From positions 1 to 23,365 of the forward strand of contig JBGSIV010000266.1 of the NCBI GenBank assembly GCA_041742355.1: 23,365 nucleotides of DNA, given 5' to 3'. A program made the position numbers and the translations under genes. The notes below the pieces were generated by a model. The model made no database searches. It had not been told where the DNA came from and was given only the letters and a program-made list of their open reading frames with translations. Shown piece after piece: positions 16,898 through 23,365 of the stretch; position 1 is the first letter of the stretch, and every line of letters begins with the position of its first letter. The DNA comes from Candidatus Zixiibacteriota bacterium (lineage in GTDB: Bacteria > Zixibacteria > MSB-5A5 > GN15 > FEB-12).

Positions 16898-16926
16898 AAT
16901 CTACTCTTGAAGTGAGAAATCGGCAA
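16898..16926 (-). promoter_or_regulatory. Putative sigma70 promoter of S8 protease 2
   Basis: Minus strand reads TTTTTCA-TTGCCG-17 nt-TAGATT. Confidence 0.55.
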
Positions 16927-16989
16927 TGAAAAAAACAAGATGCCACCAGGGTTTCTTTGGCCGAGGCCCCGAACCGGGGTTAGTCCCGA

Positions 16990-17499
16990 CTAACCGGCCT
17001 GCGACCGGCGGTAGCGCTCCTGGGACTCGCGGATGACGTGGAGGGCGGCATCCCGATCCTCCCAGCCGAGCACGGCCGTCTTCTTCTTCTCGAGCTCCTT
17101 GTAGACATCGAAGAAGTGCTCGATTTCCTTCATGAGGTGCTGGGGCATTTGGTCAAGCCGGGTGATCTGGTTCCACATCGGGTCGTTGATCGGGACACAG
17201 AGGATCTTCTCATCGGGGCCCTTTTCGTCCTGCATACGGAAAAGCCCGACCGGGCGGGAGTCGATGAGGCAGCCGGGAAACGTGGGCTCCCAGATGAGGA
17301 CCAGGGCATCGAGCGGGTCGCCGTCGCCGCCAAGGGTGTCGAGAATGAAGCCGTAGTCGGAGGGGTAGTGAACGGCGGAAAAGAGCATGCGGTCGAGCCG
17401 GAAAAGCCCGCGCTCCTTGTCGTACTCGTACTTGTTGCGGCTCCCCTTGGGGATTTCGATCATGACTTCGAGGATGAGTTCGTCAGTCGGCACTGTCAT
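16990..17499 (-). CDS. ppa: Family I soluble inorganic pyrophosphatase
   Basis: Start reassigned to MTVPTDE (AAGGAG SD). Motifs IEIPKGSRNKYEYD, YPSDYGFI, DGDPLDALV, DEKGPDEKI and HFFDVYKELE. Confidence 0.95.
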   Translation of the reverse strand: MTVPTDELILEVMIEIPKGSRNKYEYDKERGLFRLDRMLFSAVHYPSDYGFILDTLGGDGDPLDALVLIWEPTFPGCLIDSRPVGLFRMQDEKGPDEKILCVPINDPMWNQITRLDQMPQHLMKEIEHFFDVYKELEKKKTAVLGWEDRDAALHVIRESQERYRRSQAG

Positions 17500-17593
17500 G
17501 GCACACTCCTTCTCACATTCGCCCGGTGCGCCCGCAAGATACGGTCTGGCGTGATCGGGGGCAACGCGTTTCACCGGGGGGAATTTTCTGCCG

Positions 17594-17611
17594 ACTTGAC
17601 TCAGGTCAAGT
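17594..17611. promoter_or_regulatory. FNR/CRP-family-like binding palindrome
   Basis: ACTTGAC-TCAG-GTCAAGT is a perfect inverted repeat of TTGAC-N4-GTCAA form. It is centred at -41.5 from the start implied by a candidate -10 GATACT at 17632-17637. Confidence 0.6.
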
Positions 17612-17722
17612 GATCGGGGCGACCGACAAACGATACTGGAGGCAAGAAAAAGGTTGCCGGTCGCCGCAATCGGAGTATGTTTGTGTACCGACTGATCCAT
17701 GTCACAGCACGTCGCGGCAACT

Positions 17723-17740
17723 TTGTGAAGTTTTTCTCAA
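17723..17740. promoter_or_regulatory. Rex-like (or CRP/HcpR-like) operator
   Basis: TTGTGAA-GTTT-TTCTCAA has one mismatch to the Rex consensus TTGTGAA-N4-TTCACAA and lies about 50 nt before the cytochrome start. Confidence 0.5.
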
Positions 17741-17789
17741 GCAACAGTGGACTACGAATGCTTATCGGATACAGCCCATGGAGGATTTC

Positions 17790-19118
17790 GTGAAGTCAGT
17801 AATTGCGATAGCGCTGGTGTTGCTGCTGGCGGCCGGAGTGTCGGCGCAGCAGACAGTGGAGGCGGCGGGAAAATGCATGACCTGCCACAAAGAAAAGTCG
17901 CCCGGGCTCTACCAGCAGTGGCACATGTCCGCCCACGGCACCCACAAAGTGACATGTATCGACTGCCACGGCGCCAAACAGGGGGAGTCGGATGCCTTCA
18001 ACCATTACGACGCCCTCATCGCTACCCTGGTGACGCCCAAAGATTGCGGCAAGTGCCACGCCAAAGAGGCCAAAGAGGTGGAGAACTCGTACCATGCGAC
18101 CGCTGGGCTCATCCTCGAATCCAACGACGCCTACCTCGCGCACGTGGCGGCGGGATCGCCGGCGGCCATGGCCGGATGCGAGAGCTGCCACGGCTCCAAA
18201 GTGAAGATCGACCCGAATTCCCCCAACAAGTTGTCCAAAGAGAGCTGGCCGAATTCAGGCATCGGACGGATCAACCCGGATGGGTCGAAAGGCTCGTGCA
18301 ATGCCTGCCACACGCGGCACAATTTCGACCTCGCCCAGGCCCGCCAGCCGGAGGCCTGCTCGAAGTGCCACCTCGGGCCGGATCACCCCCAGCGGGAAAT
18401 CTACGAGGAATCCAAGCACGGCAACACCTACTACACCAATATCGACAAGATGAACCTCAAGAGCGATTCGTGGGTGGTGGGCGTGGACTACTACGCCGCG
18501 CCGACCTGCGCCACCTGCCACATGGGCGCGGCGCCGTCGATGGCCGCCACCCACGATGTCGGCCAGCGGATTAGCTGGACCCTCCGGCCGCCAGTTTCCG
18601 AACACAAGGAGAACTGGCAGCAGAAGCGCGCGAGCATGAAGCAGGTGTGCACGAGCTGCCACGGACAGACGTTCGCCGACGGCCACTACTACCAGTTCGA
18701 TGCGCTCGTGGAGCTGTACAACGAGAAGTTCGCCAAGCCGGCCACCGCGATTATGAGGCTGGTCCGCGACAACAAGCTCCTGGAAACACCGGCGTCGTTC
18801 TCCAACGACATCGAATGGACCTACTGGGAAATCTGGCACCACGAGGGCCGGCGGGCGCGCCACGGCGCGGCCATGATGGGACCGGACTACACCTGGTGGC
18901 ACGGGATGTACGAAGTGGCGAAACACTTCTACTTCGAACTGATCCCGCAGGCCCGGGCGTACAACAACGCCCAGGTCAACGCGTACATCGAAAATCTGCT
19001 GAAAAACGACCCGATGCACGCATGGGTGAACCGCGAGACGGGTGAACTCACGAAGGAGATTCAGTCGGGCAAGATGCAGGAAATCTACAAATCAATGTTT
19101 GACCGCCGGAAGCTGTAG
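17790..19118 (+). CDS. Periplasmic octaheme cytochrome c of the hydroxylamine oxidoreductase (HAO) family
   Basis: GTG start after GGAGG with signal peptide VKSVIAIALVLLLAAGVSA. Eight CxxCH motifs (CMTCH, CIDCH, CGKCH, CESCH, CNACH, CSKCH, CATCH, CTSCH). Family motifs CHTRHNF, CHLGPDHPQREIYEESKHG and RARHGAAMMGPDYTWWHG. Confidence 0.9.
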   Translation: MKSVIAIALVLLLAAGVSAQQTVEAAGKCMTCHKEKSPGLYQQWHMSAHGTHKVTCIDCHGAKQGESDAFNHYDALIATLVTPKDCGKCHAKEAKEVENSYHATAGLILESNDAYLAHVAAGSPAAMAGCESCHGSKVKIDPNSPNKLSKESWPNSGIGRINPDGSKGSCNACHTRHNFDLAQARQPEACSKCHLGPDHPQREIYEESKHGNTYYTNIDKMNLKSDSWVVGVDYYAAPTCATCHMGAAPSMAATHDVGQRISWTLRPPVSEHKENWQQKRASMKQVCTSCHGQTFADGHYYQFDALVELYNEKFAKPATAIMRLVRDNKLLETPASFSNDIEWTYWEIWHHEGRRARHGAAMMGPDYTWWHGMYEVAKHFYFELIPQARAYNNAQVNAYIENLLKNDPMHAWVNRETGELTKEIQSGKMQEIYKSMFDRRKL

Positions 19119-19126
19119 GAGCCGCC

Positions 19127-20617
19127 GTGATTCACACCTTCGTGCAGTTTGTCCGGGCCGTCGCGCTCAACCGGGTCGGTCTGGCCGGGGTCGTGCTGAC
19201 AACCTCGGCGGTCGTCCTGTTCGTGCTGTTCGAGGCCGCCAGCCTGGTCGGGTTGTTCGCCAATGCGTACGCCGGCCTGGTCACCTACCTGGCGTTCCCG
19301 GCGATGTTCTGCCTCGGACTCATCCTGATCCCGATCGGCTGGCGGCGGCGCAAGCAGCAGACCGGGAAGAGCGCGAGGGAGCTGCTCGAAGAGCGCTTCT
19401 CGGGCACGGAAGTGCGCGAAGGGTTCTTCGGGTCGCGGGTATTCCGGACAGTGGGGGTGCTGACTGTCGCGAATATCGCGATCCTTGGGGTGGCGTCGTC
19501 GCGCATGCTCCACTTCATGGACGAGTCCCATTTCTGCGGGACCGCCTGCCACAGCGTCATGAATCCGGAATGGGTGACCTACCAGGCCTCCCCCCACGCC
19601 CGGGTGAAATGCGTCGAGTGCCATGTTGGCGAAGGCGTCGGGGCGCTCATCGACAGCAAAATTAACGGGACCTGGCAGATGATCTCGATCACCTTCGACC
19701 TTCTGGAGCGGCCGATCCCGACACCGGTGCACCAGTTGCGCCCGGCGCGGGAAACCTGCGAGAAATGCCACTGGCCGGACAAATTCTACGGCAGCCGCCT
19801 CCGAACGTTCGTGACCTACGCGAATGACAGCGTTTCGACGCCGACCTTCACCTCGCTCAATATGAAGATCGACGCGGGACGTCACGGTTTGCGGGAAGGG
19901 ATCCACTGGCACGTCGCGGCCGAGAACGAGATCCGGTACGCCTCGGTGGCCGACGAACGGGAGGAAATGCTCTGGGTCGAAACGCGGCGGCCGGACGGGT
20001 CGTACCGCCGGTTCGCCAATACGGCCCTGACCGCCGAAGCCGAGCACGAAGAGGTGCGGGTGTTCGACTGCGTCGACTGCCACAACCGGGCGACACACGT
20101 GTACGAAGACCCGGTGCGGGCGGTCGACGAACGGATGAATCTGAGATTGCTCGACCGATCGCTGCCCTTCCTGAAGCGGGAGAGCGTCGATGCGCTCACC
20201 AGCGGGTACAGCGACAGCGCGATGGCGATGGCGGGGATAGCTGCGCACCTGGAGGGGTTCTACCAGCGGCACTACCCCGAGGTGATGTCAAGCCGCCAGC
20301 GGGGGATCGACTCGGCCGTAGCGGCCCTGCAGGACGTCTACAACCGAAATGTGCATCATGGCATGAATATCACGTGGGGGACGTATTCGAGCCACATTGG
20401 GCACCCGGGGCGGCGCCAGGGGTGTTTTCGGTGCCACAACGAGAGTATGGTGGATTCGGCCGGATTGGCGGTCCGCAGCGACTGCACTCTGTGCCACTCG
20501 ATCCTGTCGAACCGGAGCGCCCGACCGCTGGAATACCTCCAGGCTGACACGGCTGATCCCGAGTACCTGATGCATGACTACCTGCGTCAGGAGTTCTTCG
20601 AATTCATGGGCCGGTGA
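19127..20617 (+). CDS. Membrane-anchored NapC/NirT-related multiheme cytochrome c (putative quinol dehydrogenase)
   Basis: About three N-terminal hydrophobic helices; FCGTACHSVM.PE...Y..SPHARVKCVECH signature; six heme motifs (CGTACH, CVECH, CEKCH, CVDCH, CFRCH, CTLCH); 8 nt after the upstream stop, SD AGGAG. Confidence 0.88.
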   Translation: MIHTFVQFVRAVALNRVGLAGVVLTTSAVVLFVLFEAASLVGLFANAYAGLVTYLAFPAMFCLGLILIPIGWRRRKQQTGKSARELLEERFSGTEVREGFFGSRVFRTVGVLTVANIAILGVASSRMLHFMDESHFCGTACHSVMNPEWVTYQASPHARVKCVECHVGEGVGALIDSKINGTWQMISITFDLLERPIPTPVHQLRPARETCEKCHWPDKFYGSRLRTFVTYANDSVSTPTFTSLNMKIDAGRHGLREGIHWHVAAENEIRYASVADEREEMLWVETRRPDGSYRRFANTALTAEAEHEEVRVFDCVDCHNRATHVYEDPVRAVDERMNLRLLDRSLPFLKRESVDALTSGYSDSAMAMAGIAAHLEGFYQRHYPEVMSSRQRGIDSAVAALQDVYNRNVHHGMNITWGTYSSHIGHPGRRQGCFRCHNESMVDSAGLAVRSDCTLCHSILSNRSARPLEYLQADTADPEYLMHDYLRQEFFEFMGR

Positions 20618-20621
20618 GGGG

Positions 20622-21176
20622 TTAGTGAGGGTGGGCGGGGGCATCGGTGTTAACGGCTGAATCGGACGGGCCCTGCCTCTCGCGCAGATTCAGGTAATCG
20701 TACAGGCCGAGGTGGGGGAGATGCTGCACGAAGGCGACGATCGCCCAGATGTCTTCGTCGCGGTGCGTCTTGCCGAAAGCGGGCATGCCGGAAAACTTCA
20801 GGCCATGTTTCACGATCCAGAAGATCTCGGATGGATTCAATTCGTCGCTCGCTTCGACCAGCGAGGGTGGCGCGGGGTTGAGGCCGTCGCCGATTTCACT
20901 CGGGGGAACCCCGGGAGCACCGTGGCAGGCGACACACATCGCGTCATAGTGCAGAAAACCTCGCTGGATCAGGGCGGAGTCGGTGAGGTCGAGTCCGGTG
21001 GTGTCGTCGGCGCGCGCCTCGATCGAGTTCTCGGTGATCGTCTCGAAAAGCCAGTGCTCGAAATCGCTGTGAGGCTTCGAAGCGGCGACATCGTATGTCC
21101 CCGAGAAAATGAAGAACAGCCCGACCGCAAGCAGCAGGATCATGACGGCGATCAGGGTCCAGGTAACCTGTTTCAT
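20622..21176 (-). CDS. Membrane-anchored monoheme cytochrome c
   Basis: Start reassigned to MKQVTWTLIAV (GGAGG SD). N-terminal TM helix; CVACHGAPG, LNPAPPSL, FWIVKHGLKFSGMPAFG and IWAIVAFV. Confidence 0.9.
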   Translation of the reverse strand: MKQVTWTLIAVMILLLAVGLFFIFSGTYDVAASKPHSDFEHWLFETITENSIEARADDTTGLDLTDSALIQRGFLHYDAMCVACHGAPGVPPSEIGDGLNPAPPSLVEASDELNPSEIFWIVKHGLKFSGMPAFGKTHRDEDIWAIVAFVQHLPHLGLYDYLNLRERQGPSDSAVNTDAPAHPH

Positions 21177-21314
21177 GGCGCCTCCATGGTGGTGGGGGAT
21201 GGCGGGGGGATGTGGGGCGGGGTGCAGTTGCGTAACAAACGGGGAACGCGAAGGTTCGCGGCGAGACACTCTCCCCGCAATGCGCCCCGCCCTCGGTCGC
21301 AATGTCCGGGGGCG

Positions 21315-22010
21315 TTACTCCCCGAGCGTGACGACAGTCGGGGTGCCGGGCTCGCAGACGTTGAAAAGGGTCAGCGCGTCATCGGTGTCCATCAAGACAA
21401 CGAGGTGCGAGCTGAAGGGGCGCTTGATAACCTGGCGGATTTCCGTCATGATGTTGCTGAACGTCGAGACCGGTTTCCCCTCGGCCGTCGTGCGGACATC
21501 GAGAACCACGCCCCCTTCCCACTCGATGATGAAACGTTCGGGCAGGTACCGCTGGAGGAGTTCGGGGGCGGCCCCCGTCGCGTCGCTGATGATGGCCAGC
21601 ACGGAGTCGGGGATGGTCTGCGAGTGAGAGTAGAGATAGCGCTCGCGGACAAATGAAATCACCTGGTCATCCGTGAAGAGATCCTCGATAAAGTCGTTAA
21701 TGAGGTCACCCGCTGAGCCGGAGTCCTCCGGGAGGAAAGTGATCGGGGCGGAGAAGACGATAGCGCCTTTGACGCGGAGGTGGAGTTCGGATCCGGCCCC
21801 GTCGATCTCCAGGTAGGTCTGTTCGCCCCGGGCAAGCTCCATGTGGGCGCGGGCGAGGGCGTACTCCTGGCGGAGGCGCACGGTTTCGGTGTCGGCCGGC
21901 TCGCCGTCCTGGGCGGACGCTCGTTCGTGGCCGCAGGCACCAAGAGTGAGCGCGAGGGCCAAAATAAGAGAACCGATGCCGAGCGGGGGTAAGGCGGTCT
22001 TAGAAGACAT
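21315..22010 (-). CDS. Putative lipoprotein with a degenerate L,D-transpeptidase-like fold
   Basis: Lipobox-like LTLGAC; overlaps the upstream gene's stop; terminal segments resemble the neighbouring YkuD domains but lack the HG...GC catalytic motif. Confidence 0.7.
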   Translation of the reverse strand: MSSKTALPPLGIGSLILALALTLGACGHERASAQDGEPADTETVRLRQEYALARAHMELARGEQTYLEIDGAGSELHLRVKGAIVFSAPITFLPEDSGSAGDLINDFIEDLFTDDQVISFVRERYLYSHSQTIPDSVLAIISDATGAAPELLQRYLPERFIIEWEGGVVLDVRTTAEGKPVSTFSNIMTEIRQVIKRPFSSHLVVLMDTDDALTLFNVCEPGTPTVVTLGE

Positions 22011-22644
22011 AGATTTTTGTCCCCATACGCACTTTGTCGTAAAGCCAGGTGAGGTCTTTGGCGCCGAGGCGGACGCACCCGTGAGTGACGTTCACGCCGA
22101 GGAGGCGTTCGTAGAGGGTGCCGTGGATAAAGTATCCGTCGCCGAAGCCGATCGCAAACGCACCCATGACATTCGGGTCGAGGCGTTCCTGCGGGTCATC
22201 CGGAACGGGTTCATTCTCTTCAATGAAGGCCCAGTCGGGCTTGCGCCACCACGGGTCCTTGATCTTGCTGGTGACTTTGTACATACCCAGCGGTGTGTCG
22301 AATTTCCACTTGCGGCCGGAGGTGGAGTCGATCAGCTCGGCGCCCGATCCGGCCGAGCAGACAGCTTCGAAAAGGATGCTGTCGGCGGTGCGGTACGTCA
22401 GCCGCGAGGCATGGGTGTTGATCACGATATACGGCTCACGCGGCGACAGGCGCTTGAGGTCGCGCTGGAGCAGCGTCAATTCGCGGCGCAACGCCTTCGT
22501 ATCGGCCGGCGGCTTGAGGCTGTCGGCGCTGAGTGCCGTCAGAACGGCGTTGTCGGTCACCGGCTCGGAGGGGGTGAGGAACACCGCCACGAGCGTGACC
22601 GCCACGGCGACCACGAGAATGATAACGATATATTTTATGGCCAT
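22000..22644 (-). CDS. L,D-transpeptidase (YkuD family) with an N-terminal membrane anchor
   Basis: YIVINT, FDTPLGMYKV, DPWWRKPDW and YFIHGT...VTHGCVRL; hydrophobic N-terminus. Confidence 0.92.
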   Translation of the reverse strand: MAIKYIVIILVVAVAVTLVAVFLTPSEPVTDNAVLTALSADSLKPPADTKALRRELTLLQRDLKRLSPREPYIVINTHASRLTYRTADSILFEAVCSAGSGAELIDSTSGRKWKFDTPLGMYKVTSKIKDPWWRKPDWAFIEENEPVPDDPQERLDPNVMGAFAIGFGDGYFIHGTLYERLLGVNVTHGCVRLGAKDLTWLYDKVRMGTKIYVF

Positions 22645-23363
22645 CGGTCGGAGCGCCGGACAATGGTAACCGGCATACCTTTTGAGACGTGGTTGAACAA
22701 ATCGTCCATGTCCTTATCGGTAAGGGCGACGCAGCCGTCGGTCCAGTCGCGCTTCTGGCCACCGTGCCCATGAATTTCGATGAGGCCGCCGATACGGGCG
22801 TACTTGGAGATGACGCCGGCTTCCTTGTTGGCCATGAAGCGGCGGCGGTCGCTCTCGTTGGGGAAATTGAGCATGAGCGCCTTATAGTACTTGGATCCCC
22901 GGCGGCGCACCTCGGTAACCTTGTACATACCCTCCGGCGTGGCGCCATCGCCCGAGAAGAGCTTCTGCCGGGAAGGATTGTGGCCGAGATCGGCGGCGTA
23001 GGTCTTGATGAGGCGGCCGCTGGAAACGACATAACAGCGGTGCTTGGATTTGTCGACTATTATGGCCTTGGTGCCGTTGCGGCGGGAGGCCTCGATCGTC
23101 TGGCTGACCCACGAGCGCCAGGTGGCGATGTTCCGCGACTCGTCCTTGACGTAGTCGTCGACGATGCCGCGGATGCTGTTAAGCGAGTCCTGCACCGCCC
23201 GCATGACTTCATGGGCGGCGTCGAACTTGCCCGAGTCGATGAGGCGATTCGTGATCTGTAAACCGAGTTCGGCGTTCTTCCAGCGTCCTTCGGCCCCGTG
23301 GAGACGGAGAATTCCGTCAAGAGACTCGCGCCACTCCTTGAGTTCGGCGCGGAGTTGGTCGCG
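22635..23363 (-). CDS. L,D-transpeptidase family protein (YkuD/YafK-like); 5' end lies beyond the right edge
   Basis: IIVDKSKH, GDGATPEGMYKV, YYKALMLNFPN and IEIHGHGG..DWTDGCVAL. The frame stays open upstream of Met 23204 to the window edge (RDQLRAELKEWRESLDG...). Confidence 0.92.
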   Translation of the reverse strand, partial: RDQLRAELKEWRESLDGILRLHGAEGRWKNAELGLQITNRLIDSGKFDAAHEVMRAVQDSLNSIRGIVDDYVKDESRNIATWRSWVSQTIEASRRNGTKAIIVDKSKHRCYVVSSGRLIKTYAADLGHNPSRQKLFSGDGATPEGMYKVTEVRRRGSKYYKALMLNFPNESDRRRFMANKEAGVISKYARIGGLIEIHGHGGQKRDWTDGCVALTDKDMDDLFNHVSKGMPVTIVRRSDRWP

Positions 23364-23365
23364 TT

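Noticed and set aside
16665..17789. N-terminal extensions in the ORF track (starts at 16946, 17700 and 17526; likewise 21302)
   Set aside because: Downstream starts have SD sequences and signal peptides or family N-termini, and the extensions overlap predicted promoters.

Overview
GC-rich bacterial chromosomal window. The dockerin-ended secreted protein, a cohesin-like domain and NYPNPFNP-type C-terminal sorting domains suggest candidate phylum Zixibacteria or a close FCB relative (inference). From left to right it holds: (1) an AT-richer secreted LamG + cohesin-like protein that runs off the left edge and is missing from the ORF track, next to a secreted beta-propeller/TSP3/dockerin protein; (2) a co-oriented HDAC-family deacetylase, archease, RtcB and SixA cluster; (3) two tandem secreted S8 subtilases with PKD and C-terminal sorting domains and near-matching predicted promoters; (4) ppa, divergent from an octaheme HAO-family cytochrome and a NapC/NirT-type membrane multiheme cytochrome, with FNR-like and Rex-like boxes upstream; (5) a monoheme cytochrome c and a three-gene L,D-transpeptidase operon whose last gene looks like a catalytically dead LDT-fold lipoprotein. 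The most unusual signal is non-coding. Two long intergenic tracts (6757-7466 and about 9618-11002) are packed with head-to-tail hairpins from many different GTAG-REP-like and RPE-like families. The tracts share modules, the stems covary, several hairpins carry partial self-duplications, and an AAACGAACCC motif recurs five times. A 148-bp MITE-like element with a 6-bp target duplication lies just upstream of archease. No transposase, RAYT, Cas, reverse transcriptase, tRNA or rRNA gene was recognised. All calls were made by eye, without database searches.
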